A DNA stretch of 64,000 bases, taken from positions 38,502,001-38,566,000 of the forward strand of contig OZ076409.1 of NCBI GenBank assembly GCA_964187785.1. Direction: 5' to 3'. Numbering within the stretch: position 1 is the first letter of the stretch; every line of letters begins with the position of its first letter. The translations under genes and the position numbers were made by a program. This DNA is from Amphiscolops sp. MND2022. Lineage: Eukaryota. Shown piece by piece: positions 47,263-61,572 of the stretch. The notes beneath the pieces were generated by a model. That model ran no database searches and was not told where the DNA came from. It saw nothing but the letters and a program-made list of their open reading frames with translations.

Positions 47263-48754
47263 GATCAACTTCAATATCCAGGGTTTTTCAACCTTCGTCA
47301 CTGCTTTGAAACAAGTAAGCCACATCAAGCGATCTTACTATACTTGAAAATCAACAGGATGCGCTCCATTGTGTTCCTTTTTTCGGTGGGCGTTTTTTTC
47401 CACTTCCAACTTGACAAAAAATTCCCTTTCCGCGTTGACATTGCTTGTTTACGTGTATTATAATACTTCCTGTATAATTCGGCTGATAAAAGATCTTTTC
47501 ACTTCCTTTGCGTTGACGGTACACAATCGCAGCAATTTTTTGCTTTAACGTTCTGATTATTTCAACTTACTGCTTCATGGTCGAAGTCTTCAAGTTCTTC
47601 GATATGTGTTGGGAAATTCTATTTCTATTTATGTCATGTCAAAGCAGGAGCTTTTTGTTCTTGAGCACACCGTGATTGATGTTCTGGATTATTTTGCTTT
47701 ACTGTTCGAAATTAGACTAGACATTCATCACCATTGAGACCAAATTTTGAGAGCTGCAGCGTGGATAAGATGCTAAGGTCAGCTGAGATCATCGACAGTT
47801 ATCTGTATACTCATATGCTTTTGACTTTGGAGGCTCCATATATCGCCAAGAGGAGGCCGGCCCTCAACCAGGGGAATACCGTCATAGACAACCGCCACAA
47901 CAATTTTTAGGTCGTCATGGCTCTGGAAGTCATCTCTTTCTATCATGTTTATTTTTATAGACTTTATATATTTCTACCTTGAATCCGTGGAATCGGTTCT
48001 TTTACTCATAGATTTTTTCAAAAATTGCTGATGATGTTTCAGCTTGAACCGAAAACGTTTCAAAGGATATCGTTTCCAAAGAATATAGTTTTTAAAGAAT
48101 ATAGTTTCAAACTCTGATGTCATGTTTTTTCCAATTGCCTCCTAAGATCGTTTCAAAAATCATTTTAAAAAGCAACTCAGAAGACACGATGATTTGAAGT
48201 AACGTCTCTGTGATTGAATGCATTGCTATGCTAGCATATCACCCTAGCATTCGCCGTTAAAAAGACCTCCTTCACTCCTCTGGATTTGGAGAAACGTTGC
48301 TGACGGCTTTGCGACTTGAAACGCAATGACTCCTGTTGTTTATAATTGACGCGACTCAAACCGAGCAAAGCCGACGACTCCTAAATTCTAGGTTTGTACA
48401 GATTTTTGTGGTTGAGCGTAGTTTACAAGCTTACCGGATATGGAACAAAATCGGAGAAATATTGAGGTTGGAATTACTTCTAACCATTCCTGTAATGTTA
48501 GCAAGAGAATGTGTAGGACTAGTTTTTATCAGAATTAAAGTTGCTTTGAGCGTAATGTTTTTCTCAAATAACCGCACATATACAGCATATTTGATTAAAT
48601 TGATTGTAACTGACTGTTCCTGAGAAATTCTGATGTAATTTTGGGTTTTAGCCGGATATCACAATCAGACTACTCTGACAGGGTTGAACAACTTTCAAAA
48701 GGTTGAGAAAATTTCCATTGCGTACCATTCACGCGAAATGATGTTTTTCGGGAA

Positions 48755-48970
48755 GCATGGTGTAGTAATTAGAGCATTCGTCCTGTACTGGGGCGGTAAC
48801 AGGTTCGAATCTCTCTCAACTAGCCATTGTTGGTCCTTAAGCAAGTCTTTCATCCCTAGCCTAGTGGTATGGTCAGTGACAAAAAATGATGCACTTGGCG
48901 CAGAAAAGCAAAAATAAAAAGAGCAACGGTGAGTAGTCAGACTTTTGTGACCTTGAGCAAGTCATTTTGA
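48755..48970 (+). mobile_element. tRNA-derived SINE remnant
   Basis: A-box-like TGGTGTAGTAATTAG (48758), B-box GGTTCGAATC (48802), then gtccttaagcaagtc and gtgaccttgagcaagtcattt (48947), resembling conserved SINE core segments. Confidence 0.5.
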
Positions 48971-50279
48971 AACCATAGCTTCAAGTCTACCATTACCTGA
49001 CTACTTGACTGCAAATATGGTACGATAGCTTGCTATGGGGAGATAGTATCCGGAAGGGTGCCGACTTAGAAAAGCAACACGGATTGGGGAAATAAACTTT
49101 CTTGTTTTCAAGTATCTTTTGTGAACTATCGAAAATTGCAGCGGATGTTCTGCTGTCCTGGGCTCAATTTACATGTTCCAGAAAATGTTTCAGATAGAGT
49201 ATTTCGGAACTGGTCTTTGAATTGTGTTTTGATGACTACGAACTCCAGAGGTCTCTGGCGGTCATCATGAGCTATCTATATGATCGCGTAAAAGTTCTTC
49301 GATTACTGCACGCAACCATTTTAAACTTTTTGCTCTCTCTGAGTGATCAATTTTCGAAAGTACAGCTTCAATTTGTAACGTTTCAACTTAATAACCGGAA
49401 GCCCCTCGACAACAAAAATTAAACGACGAGCGTAGACAAAAACAGGATTCCTGTTAAACTTTGGTATCGAGGACAAACTTTGCTTCATTAGTCAGATTGA
49501 CCGAAAATACTTTCAAGCGTTGCTGTAAAGCCCCAGGCTACCTTGTTTTCAGAAAACTATGTTCGTCTTCAACATTGCTCCCATTCCGACAGTCTTTATG
49601 TTTCCAGTTGTGTAGATTCCCCGGTTTTGAGCGGGCTTCACAGTGTAGAAGGGTTCTCTGAAAAGCCAAGCCACTCTCGAAATTCAATATCCTGTATTGT
49701 TGCCAATAGAAAAAAAGAAGAAAAGTTTGTTTGATTAGAAAAGAGAATTACAACTTTTACGTTAAAAGGAAATAACAATCCAATCTGGACGGGAAAAGAG
49801 TTATCAAAACTCTTCGAGTACTCGCCCGAAGAGAACCAGTCAGGGATAATGAAAGATGTACTAATCCAATACGTAACATTCGTCGTCCAATATTCATAAC
49901 TATAATGATAAAGATTATTAAACTTATTTCAACAAAAGGTTTCAGTTTTATCGAAATAAAGCGAAAATAGATGCTTATTATCAGCAATGAAAACGTTAGG
50001 TTCTTTTGATATCAAACCTTCAATTTGGAATCAACTTTGTTCTTTCAAGTTGCAGGGCAGGAAAATGGCTTCTGTTGGCCATTTGGAAGTTTTCTTTAAA
50101 AAATTACAAAAAGACTTCCGTTGGATAGTTGTTCCACTAAACGCAGTTGCGAAGAGACTTTTCTGTGACACATGGTACAATACGCATTTTGAGAAGGCAA
50201 AACCGTTTTTTTTGTATATCGCCATTTTGCCGTAGTTGTCGGAAAAAAACTCTAACGTTCTCTACAATGATGAGTTCGA

Positions 50280-51400
50280 ACAGTTAGATTTCTGTTACGT
50301 TCGAAAGCCTCTTACAAAAAAAACAATTCTTCGGAAAAGAATACTCGAATAAATCTCCGTTGAGCAGATTAGATTTGTTTTAAGTTCGATTTAGTTGCTG
50401 ATCCATAAATCAGAAGACCGCAACTTATTACAGACTTTGCAAATGAGTTATAATACATCAATAAACACTTCTGCATGCACAAATGCCATGTTCTTCGATT
50501 AGGACCCCAAATTTTATTTAGTTTCTTCACAATATACTTGATATGTTCTCAGGATCTTAAGTATAGGTCTCAAAGACATCAAAATGTTTGCATGCACTTT
50601 TAAAGGTCAAAATTATGTCTAAATTACGGAGTTTACTGGGGTGTTCCCTTCCAAAAGTTCTTGATTCACGATTGTCGTTTCTAATACTCAGCCAATTTGC
50701 AGAAAAACATTCAGAATATTGACAAGTTTTTTGTGAATTGTGCAACATCTTACACGGTTGGCTTTGATGATTATAGTGTCATCAGCGAAGATGGCTAATT
50801 TACAGTCACTCTGTCATAAGTTTACGTGAAGCAAAACTGCAAAAGGGCCTAAGATTGAACCCTGCGGTACACCAATTTCGACGATCAGGAACGGCGTGTT
50901 TGTTACATTGTAAACGACACATTATCTTTCCTATATGAGAGATAACTACCAAAAAGATTGCGGATCGTCACCCTAAAGCCGTTACTGTCAAGCTTTGACA
51001 TCAGTATTTTGAGATCGAAGGTATCAAAGCCTTCTTGTGTATTGCCGAAAAATGCTTGTCATTGAATTTATTGTCAAAATCAGAGGGCATGTGAGTGGGA
51101 AAAACGTGTTTTCCTAATTAAAAGAAGCTGGTGCTTCATAGGTTTGTCTTCGTAAACTGGACGATAGAGATTTTAAAAACATTTACGAAGAATGTATTCA
51201 AGTTTCCTATTGGAAACGTATTTTTGGGTTGTGTTGTTGGCATTTTGAGAGTCTTGTGTATCTCGCTGATGGACTTTTGCCAAGTTTATTGAACATATCT
51301 GTTTTCTTTCTCGACTTCATGAGTCATGGCACTAACACGATTTTTGAAACTTTGTGGAGTGTTTATAAAACAAGTGGTTTAGCCTCTTCATGGCGTTTTT
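50280..51400 (-). mobile_element. Decayed CR1/L2-like LINE reverse-transcriptase fragment
   Basis: Minus-strand remnants: YRPV, KAFDT, GVPQGSILGP (~50840-50875), AIFADDT (~50775-50795), HIKYIVKKLNK and YYNSFAKSVISCGLLIYG. Confidence 0.75.
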
Positions 51401-51559
51401 AGTCGGTGTTTTCGAAGAAACTCCCGACTATTACAGTGGCTAGTTTTTTTCGTCAGTTGAACGCGTAACGTTCACGTTTTGTGCATTAACGCACATTTAA
51501 CAACTTTTACCATATGTACTTAGTACTTCATTTTCAACGCATCCAAAGCCTCTAACATG

Positions 51560-51920
51560 AGATAAAAAGCCATTCCAAAGCAGAAGGGTCCACTTTTTTT
51601 GACACTACGAGACTCTCCTTCTTTTTTTTCGGTACTTTGAGACTGATTTTTTCCGAAATTTTTTTACTGTTCCTCCCATCAATTTTTGATATTTTGCAAC
51701 TGAATGGATGCTCAAAAAAGCCCAAAGCGTCCCCCCTTTTACATTTTTTGGCACTATGCGACTTCCCGGAAACTTCAAAAAAATTCCGAGAAAAAATTCG
51801 GATTTTTTTTCTCAATTTTTAGTTCTTTGATAGCTTTTGTTGTCTCCAGTTGTAGAAAAGTGGTTTTCGTCTTTTTGAGCCTTAGATATGGCGCCGACTT
51901 GGGCCGTTGCCGGCTTGTTG
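51560..51920 (+). repeat. Non-autonomous repeat with a Helitron-like 3' end (GC hairpin then CTTGT)
   Basis: Ends gatatggcgccgacttgggccgttgccggcttgtt; related inverted fragment at 13335-13530. Confidence 0.35.
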
Positions 51921-52264
51921 TTTTATTCGTTGTCCACAAGTTTGATTTACTCTGCAATGTTAATTCCTTCTCAGTCGCGATTCAAATCTAATCAGACAAT
52001 CCATTACGCTGTTCGTTTAAACAACTACATGCTCTTGTGCAGAGATATCTATTGGTGTTTTCTTCCGCTTTCGATCGAACATAAAACGAAAGCACGTAGC
52101 TTCATGTCCCTATAAAGTTTTCTCTTTCCTTGAAATAGTGGGAATCGAACCGTATATTGGCAGAAAAGATACTTTTTTGGAATATCGAGCAATGCCGTAT
52201 AATGATCGCTATTGGTTGTTTCCATAGTTTTAGTACTCGATGGGGTTTCATCAAACGTGATCCA

Positions 52265-55200
52265 GACAAGGTTGACCTTAACTTGACCACTGTGACGACT
52301 TCAGCACGTTTTGTTTCTGCAAGTTCAAAACACAGCAGCTAATTTGATGGTAAATAAAACGCTTGAATGGACTTTTCAGACAACCAATCAGAGACACGAC
52401 GCGTGCAAAGTTTTGGCGCAAAGTCCGGAGCCAGTGAGGCGACGCCTAATGTCAGCGGAGGCCTTCGTGCAAACAAATTTGCGCGCAAGAGCCCGCGCTA
52501 GCATTTTGAAAATTGATTTGAAAGCCTTGATGCTCTTTTTTTGAAAGCTGAATGAATCGTTCGTTGGACTTAATAAGCTTGGGAGATATTGCGGTTTAAA
52601 GTTTAAGCACCCGATATTTGGATGGATCCATAGTTTTCCTGGTCTCCTTAAGGCTAACAAGAATAATGCTAAAACTTTGATATAGTCCTGGGGCTAAGAT
52701 TTTTAGTTGTTTTGAGTCCTAAAATATATTGTAGCATCTTTTAGGCCAAGTTTCGAGCTTTTCATTTTTATCACGATGACTTTAATTTGACCACTGTCAC
52801 GAATTCGGCACATTTAGTTTCTGCAAACTCCAAACGCATCAGCTGGTTGTAAAGTACACGAGAACTCTTGAATAGGATCTTAGGACAACATTGCATAGCG
52901 CTTGGCATCTTTTCACGGAATATTGACATGAGGTCTCCGAAATCCTGAAAAAGGGACCAAAAACCAAAAAAAATGAGTGCAGAGTTTCCGTTCTTCCAGT
53001 TTTCTTTTGTGGCCCTTTCATGCCACTTGTTTCAACATTGGGTCCAAGCAACCCCTGCGAATCTAGAAACATGCTGAAAAGCAATCAGAGCCACGACGCG
53101 TGCAAAGTTTTGGCGCAAAGTCCGGAGCCAGTGTGGCGGCGCCACATACAAGCAGAGGACTTCGTGCAAAACCATTTGCGCGCAAGATCCCGCGCTAGAG
53201 GGTTCCCAGCCCAGCCCAGCAATTTCAAAATGATATGAAAACCTTAATGCTTTTCTTTTGAAAGCTGTATAAATCGTTTGTCGGATTAAATAACATTAAG
53301 AGATATTACGGCTTATAGTTCAAGCACCCGATTTTTGGTTGGACCCAGAATTATCCTGGTCAATTTAAATTTAACAAGAAAAATACTAAAAGTTTCAAAT
53401 TGTGCTGAGGATATGATTTTTGTTAGTTTGAGTCCTAAGATAAGTTTTTACTTCATTTAGGCTAAGTTTTGAGCTTTTCATTTTCTTCATAATAACCTTG
53501 ACTTGACCTCTGTGACGAATTCAGCACATTTAGTTCCTGCAAATTCTAAACGCATCAGCTGATTGAATGGTAAAAAAGACGCTTGAATAGGATTTTCAGA
53601 CAATGTTGCATAGCATTTGATGTCTTTTCACGGAATATTATCATTCTTTCTCCGAAATCCAAAAAATGGGGCCAAAAAATCCAAAAAAAAACGGAGTGCA
53701 GATTTTCCGTTTTTCCAGTTCTCGTTTGTGGCCCAATTATCCCACTGGTAACAACTTTGGGTCAAAGCGGCCCCAGCATAATTGGAAACATGCTGAAAAG
53801 CATTCAGAGACAAGTGCAAAATTTTTGGAGCAAATTCCGGAGCCAGTGGGGCGACGCCACATATCAGCAGAGGACTTCGTGCAAAACCATTTGCGCGCAA
53901 GAGCCTGCGCTGGCGGGTTCCCAGCCCAGCCCAGCAATTTGAGATTTGATTCGAAAGCCCTGATGTTTTTCTTTTGAAAGCTATATAAATCGTTTGTCGG
54001 ACTGAAATGGATTAGGAGATATTACGGTTTAACGTTTAAGCACACGATTTTTGGATTGATCCAGAATTTTCCTAGTCAAGTTAAGTTTAACAAGAAAAAT
54101 ACTAAAAGTTTCAAAGTGTGCTGAGGCTATGATTTTTAGTTGTTTTGAGTCCTAATATAAGTTGTTGCATCATTTAGGACAAGTTTCGAGCTTTTCATTT
54201 TTGTCACGATAACTCTAACTTGACCCATGTGACGAATTCGGCACATTTCGTTTCTGCAAATTCTAAACACATCAGCTAGTTGAATGGTAAAGAAAACGCT
54301 TGAATAGGATTTTCAGACAATATTGCATAGCATTTGGCGTCTTTTCACGGAACATTGACATAATCACTCCAAAATCCAGGAAATGGGACCAAAAAATCAA
54401 AAAAATTTGTGTACGGATTTTCCGTTTTTCCAGTTTTCGTTTGTGGCTCTTTTATCTCACTGGTATCAACATTGGGTGAAAGCGGCCCCAGCAGATTTGG
54501 AAACATGCTGAAAGGCATTCAGAGACAGGACGCGTGCAAAATTTTTGGAGCAAATTCCGGAGCCAGTGGGGCGACGCCACATATCAGCAGAGGACTTCGT
54601 GCAAAAGCATTTGCGCGCAAGAGCCTGCGCTGGCGGGTTCCCAGCCCAGCCCAGCAATTTGAGAACTGATTCAAAAGCCCTGATGTTTTTCTTTTGAAAG
54701 CTATTAAAATCGTTTGTCGGACTAAAATGGTTTAGGAGATATTACGGTTTAACGTTTAAGCACACGATTTTTGGATGGATCCAGAATTTTCCTAGTCAAG
54801 TTAGGTTTAATAAGAAAAATACTAAAAGTTTCAAAGTGTGCTGAGGCTATGATTTTTAGTTGTTTTGAGTCCTAATATAAGTTGTTGCATCATATAGGCC
54901 AAGTTTCGAGCTTTTCATTTTTGTCACGATAACTTTAACTTGACCCATGTGACGAATTAGGCACAGTTCGTTTCTGCAAATTCTAAACACATCAGCTTGT
55001 TGAATGGTAAAGAAAACGCTTGAATATGATTTTCAGACACTTTTGCATAGCATTTGGCGTCTTTTCACGGAACATTGACATAATCACTCCAAAATCCAGG
55101 AAATGGGACCAAAAAATCAAAAAAAATTGTGTACGGATTTTCCGTTTTTCCAGTTTTCGTTTGTGGCTCTTTTATCTCACTGGTATCAACATTGGGTCTA

Positions 55201-56945
55201 AGCGGCCCCAGCATATTTTGAAACATGCTGAAAAACAATCAGAGACACTACGCGTGCAAAGTTTTGGCGGAAAGTCCGGAGCGAGTGGGGTGACGCCACA
55301 TGTCAGCAGAGGACTTCGTGCAAAACAATTTGCGCGCAAGAGATCGCGCTAGCGGGTTCCCAGCCCAGCCCAGCATATTTTGATAATTGATTTGAAAGCC
55401 CTGATGTTCTTCTTTTGAAAGCTATATAAATCGTTTGTCGGACTAAAATGGTTTAGGAGATCTTACGGTTTAACATTTAAGCACCTGATTTTTGGATGGA
55501 CCCAGAATTTTCCTAGTCAACTTAAGTTTAACAAGAAAAATACTAAAAGTTTCAAATATGCTGAGGCTATGATTTTTAGTTGTTTTGAGTCCTAATATAA
55601 GTTGTTGCATCGTTTAGGCCAAGTTTCGAGCTTTTCATTTTTGTCACGATAACTTTAACTTGACCCATGTGACGAATTCGACATGTTTCGTTTCTGCAAA
55701 TTCTAAATGCATCAGCTAGTTGAATGGTAAAGAAAACGCTTGAATATGATTTTCAGACACTTTTGCATAGCATTTGGCGTCTTTTCACGGAACATTGACA
55801 TAATCACTCCAAAATCCAGAAAATCAAAAAAATTGTGTACGGATTTTCCGTTTTTCCAGTTTTCGTTTGTGGCTCTTTTATATCACTGGTATCAACATTG
55901 GGCGAAAGCGGCCCCAGTATATTTTGAAACATGCTGAAAAACAATCAGAGACACTACGCGTGCAAAGTTTTGGCGCAAAGTCCGGAGCCAGTGGGGTGAC
56001 GCCACATGTCAGCAGAGGACTTCGTGCAAAACAAATTCCGACTACATTGCATAGCATTTGGCGTCTTTTCACGGAACATTAACACAAACACTCCAAAATC
56101 CAGAAAATGGGACCAAAAATTTTAAAAAATGTGTACGGATTCTCTGTTTTTCCACTTATCGTTTGTGGCTCTTTTATCTCAGTGGTATCATCATTGGGTC
56201 AAAGCGGCCCCAGCATAATTTGAAACATGCTGAAAAACAATCAGAGACACTACGCATGCAATGTTTTGGCGCAAAGTCCGGAGCCAGTGGAGTGACGCCA
56301 CATGTCAGCAGAGGACTTCGTGCAAAACAATTTGCGCGCAAGAGCCCGCGCTAGCGGGTTCCCAGCCCAGCCAGCAATTCGAGAATTGATTTGAAAGCCC
56401 TGATGTTCTTCTTTTGAAAGCTATATAAATCGTTTGCCGGACAAAATAAGTCTAGGATATATTACGGTTTAACGTTTAAGCCCCCGATTTTTGGATGGAT
56501 CCAGAACTTTCCTAGTCAACTTAAGTTTAACAAGACAAACACTAAAAGTTTGAAAGTGTGCTGATGCTATGATTTTTAGTTGTTCTGAGTTCCAAAATAA
56601 GTTGTTGCATCATTTAGGCCAAGTTTCGAGCTTTTCATTTTTGTCACAATAACTTTAACTTGACCCATGTGACGAATTCGGCACATTTCGTTTCTGCAAA
56701 TTCTAAACGCATCAGCTAGTTGAATGGTAAAGAAATCCCTTGAATAGGATTTCCAGACAGTATTGCATAGCATTTGGTGTCTTTCCACGGATCATCATCA
56801 TGATCTCTCCAAAACCCAGAAAATGGGACCAAAAAATCAAAAAAACTGAGTGCAGATTTTCCGTTTTTCCGGATTTCGTTTGTGGCCCTTTTATACCACT
56901 GGTATCAACATTGGGTCAAAGCGGCCCCGAATTGATTTGAAAGTA
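52265..56945. repeat. Tandem array, ~720-bp unit, about 6.4 copies
   Basis: The tgacccatgtgacgaatt marker is at 54221, 54941 and 55661 (period 720), and at 56661 after a ~280-bp internal re-duplication. Diverged copies at ~52790 and ~53505. Confidence 0.95.
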
Positions 56946-59900
56946 CTTTTTCATCATTATAAACTTTTCGAAAATCGATGCAGAAATCACCAAAAAGAAT
57001 TGTTTGGCCTTTCAAGGTTTTCAGATAACCATGGGTTACTTCGAAGTACAATAAGACAGAATTGAGTCGCTTGGTTTCAGTTCGGTATATTCCTCAAACA
57101 TTGATGTCATTTCCATCATCGCTGGGAATGTTAAGGATCAAACAATCAATTTAACTAGTGTAGGTTGTTCGATGGTAACTAGTTTCTTTCTTCATGTAAA
57201 AGGCGACACCTCCTGAACATTACTTTGCAATTTCTTAGCTCGGTTTCAATGGGTTGATAGCCATCGATATCATTTTGTCCAATGGAGTTTTGTTTGGTCA
57301 GCCAGGAGGTTCCATGAGTGTCGACAATGTCGGCTTTTCCTCAAAAACATTTGAAGTAATCCGAAATTCATTAATGTGAAATCCTTAAGACCTTGTGTTT
57401 ATGGCTATAATTGACAAAGTTTCCTTGTGATGTAAACCTGGAGCACGTTTAGTTACACCTTTAGGTAGTTCACCAGTTGATGGTTTTTGCATCCTTATCG
57501 ACTGGGGTTCTCTGAAGTATTCATTTCAAACAAACTGAAACAAGATTTCTTTGGGTTGTTAGTTTGTTTTGGAGATTTGAGTGAATGAGCCTTACTCTGA
57601 GTTGAAGATTAAGGAACCGATTAGCCCGTAGCGCGAAACAATAGTTTTGACAAGAAAAAACATATCATCAACAGTTCAGCTAATGTGAACCAAAAATATA
57701 AGTTTCATCATCACGAAAACTCAAAATTCCTGTGGTCCTTTTTATGCACGCTGCCGTGTAGCATTACATTATCACAGTTTACTTTTTTAGCAGTACAACG
57801 CTCAAGAATTGTCCTTTGTTGATGAATATTTTTCGTCATTGTTTCGTTTTGCGGGTTTTCAATTGTTGAATTAGGCTGGTTTCGTTTTGTTGTGACTGCT
57901 TTTGATGATTTCTTCTAAGTCTTGTGTACTATATCATCAACTATTTTGATAGAAGTAACTTTCCGTCGACAAGTTGTCCCATTGTTATCTTTTAGAAAGA
58001 CCTTCACATCACAATCAAAGTAATTGTAAGGATAAGCTCTTTATCGTGCGCAAAGTTTGATTTGTATTTGTTTTTTAGGCAGCCTCTGGTTGATGTATAT
58101 ACTTTCCTTGTTGATTGAGTTCTGGTTACCACGTTTTCCCGACATTGATCTTCGAATATACATATATACATATCTTTGTTTTTTTATGACAATATACAAA
58201 CTTTACAAGTGTGCGCGGTGGTCGTCTAATCTCCATGCACTTACCCAGAAAATGACAAGCTCTGAGACGCTTTCTCAAAAATTGCACGTCCAAAAAGTGT
58301 TTGAACAGATAAAAAGTGAACTTACCAAATATTCGGTTTCAAGAAGGGTAAAAATTAATCATGATTGTGTCTTTGGAGTTTTTACGTCAGCAAGGTAAAC
58401 TAACAAACTAATCTACCAAACTTTACGACAGCCTGGTTAACAACTTCTGACACTTCTAAAACTGATTTGTCCAAGAAATTCACATGCAAAATCCACTACG
58501 CACAATAACTTTGAGATGTCTTTTCTTTTTAATTTCTGGACAATATCTCTTGTAAAGTATCTTGCTCTTCAGAATACAGATGATTCGACTCATGGCGTTG
58601 GAATTCAAATGAACGTTACCCTTCTTTAAGTGCTTATTACTAAACACTTGCATGGGAATTCCTCTAAATTTTCAGCCGCCTTGACGTGATGCCATTGAAA
58701 AATTACCTTCCTTAGCGCGATGAGGTTGAGAGTGGCGTAAAAGTATACCAAGTACAAAAACCTTTTAGCTTTATTTAACAATAGAATTGCAAGGTCAGTT
58801 ATCTGTTGAACTAGTTCTTCTGACGTTACAGCAAGTAAGTTGTTACCTCCTATAAAGCGGCCAATGATATCATGGAGGTCTTTCTTAGGAACAAAATTGT
58901 AGACGTGTTCTACTTTAGCTCCTGGCAGTGATAAAATGTTGAAGTTGGCTTTTTTGAGCCCTTATCCTCAGATTATATCGCATCTAATTCTTACCGTAAT
59001 AATAGCTATCGTGACTTTACACAAGTTTCCGAGGTCGGTGAAGCAATTACTGCATCTGTTACCACTTTTGGACTTGTTTACAAAAATTACAAAAAACAGT
59101 CTTGAAGAGTTTCCTCATAAAACTAACTAGACTGTTGAATCGTCGATGACAATGGGGTGTAACAAACCGAAGTTGAACAACTTTACACAAAAGATCGAAA
59201 ATCTTCTGTATCAAAATCCGTTGAAGCTAAAAATTGCCAGAAATGCATTATTAATATATTATTGTTGGAATCTCGAATACAGTATAGAAACAAGAACAAC
59301 TTCGAAACAACTCTCTATTAGCCCATGTTAACTTGAAAGCCCAAACGATAAATTCCGGACAATTACTTTCTTAGTTGCTTGAATGATTAATTTCAACTGT
59401 TTTCAATCTAACTTTTTGGGTCTCTGGTGCAAAAGGGAGTTACATTATGTTGTTTCACACTTCAGAAAAATACTGGCACCAAAAAAACGTTTAGATATAG
59501 CACAATTAACGAACTGCTCAGCTTCAAGGCGATATAATAAAAAAAGATTTTTTTATAGCAACATCTGAAGCATACATTTACATAAATTTCTGGTTCATGA
59601 TTGTATGTTATTTGCCCTCAAAGCCTCTATCAGGTCACAAAAGCTCTATCGGCTTCCGCCTGGATTAGATATAACCAAACAAGCCCTACTTGAAAGATTA
59701 AAAACAATAAACAAGGACTAAAGTCCAAATAAACATTGATTTTTAATAAAGGCGATTGGGTAAAAACTAGCGCTCGAATACACCTCCACACAATTTTACA
59801 GCACTATTAGTTAGGCTACTTTGACTTTTTTTCGCTAAGTTTTTTAATCTCGTTGAGGCGTCAACAAGATGAAAACTTCTCTTGCTCTAACATCCTCTCC

Positions 59901-61572
59901 TCCGAGTCTGTGACTTCATTCTCAAGCTCGTTAATTTGAGCTGATGGTTGCTTGATAGTTTCAGTTTTTGTAATGAGATCTTTTATCAAAAGAAGTAACA
60001 TTGCTTTCGAAGGTTGGTTGTCAATTGCATCAATATGTTTTGAATAGCTTTCCGTTGTCATCGCGAAGTTTTTTTGCAAGCGCGTTGAGCGTGAGATTTT
60101 TCAGATGAGCATGCACGACTGTTTACCGTCAGTAGCGTTCATCGTCAATCGGTATTTTGATCACTGCCCCATGCATACCGTCATTTTTTCCGACCAGACC
60201 TCAAACACTTGTCCATTATCCTTATTTTCGTACTTTCGGAATATTTCTGCCTCAGAAAATTGATAAATCTCAGCTGATTTCAGGCTTTTGGATTTTGTTT
60301 AACAGTTCAGACTGCAAGACCGTCACCTAAGATGCTGCACAGAAACCAAACGAGAAAGAACTTTCATTATTCGATTGTAAATGGTATTAGGTCTCATTTG
60401 AAGACTTCTGTATCACAACAGTCGAGCTTGACAGTCGATAAATAGTCAATTACAACAACAGTCAATTTTACTCCAAATTTCTAATGGGTGTTTTCTGAGA
60501 GCAATTTCAAAAATCGTATATCCAAAATGGAAAGTTTTCAAAAACTGAAAACATCATAAAATTGGGATTTTGCAAAATATGTTTTAAGAACTAGAAAAGC
60601 TGCACATAAGGGAACCTTTGGTTTCGTTAAGTTTCGTTCAAATAACGCTCTAAAATCACGTACGGTGTGTTTGCACCCTTTTGTGCCTCTTTCGTCCTAT
60701 GATCCTTTAATCCTTTAATCCTTTGATCCTTTTAATCTCGTTATTATTTACCAAATCGAGCAATGACACGAAAAAATCAAGTAACTCTACTCCTTCGAAG
60801 GAAGATATTTTCTCACATCGTGAGATGATGCTTCTTTTCGTTTCCATCAAAATGTATTCAAGAGCATCACATCTCTCATTGTTCAACTATCCATGTTAGT
60901 AGGGAGAAACAATAAAGATGCTGGCTCCTCCCTTTTATCCAAGCTTCAGCCATCAGGGAATTTTTCAAATGCAGCCAAGTATACGGTGTTTTCATGCTGA
61001 CCTCAGCCAACATCGTCTCTCAGAACTAGGAATGGTACTCTAGACACTTTCTCCTTGGTAGTGATTAAAACCAACCCCCGATAGCGCGTTCTGGTATGCT
61101 TTCTTGGTGACATTGATTACGAGACGAGATTGAGATTATTCGCGATACTCATAAAAAAGGAATGAAAGCAAAAGAAAAAAAAAGAAAAAAGGAAGCTGTT
61201 CCGACAAAAAAGCTTTTTGAAGCGGTTATACTAGGTGACTCTATTCAAATTTTCAAGTCAGAAATGCATCGTCCATTTTTCATCAGACGTTTTCTATGCG
61301 CGGTGGTTTTTTACAATTCATGCACGTTTTGCTAAACGCGCTGGCATAAACTTTGGTCTTTGAATCAAATACAAAGCACCATTGAAACGTGCACCACAAT
61401 CCGTGAAGCATTCTGTCATCTCTATAAATTATTTGCTTTAATTTACAACTGTTCTTCATTTAATACATAATATATCTTCAGAAGGTCCTTCGAAAACGTC
61501 ATCTAAGGATTTTTCCTTGTTTTATTTCCTTTTGCTTGCGTTGAAATAATTGCGCAATAGACGGATTAGAAA

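Noticed and set aside
59861-60079. Coiled-coil ORF resembling LINE ORF1 (…ELENEV…EERMLEQEKFS)
   Set aside because: Resemblance is weak, and I could not confirm ORF2 motifs downstream.
56950-61500. Short ORFs of 60-110 aa in the AT-rich intergenic region
   Set aside because: No domain motifs and no consistent splice chain; lengths are compatible with chance.
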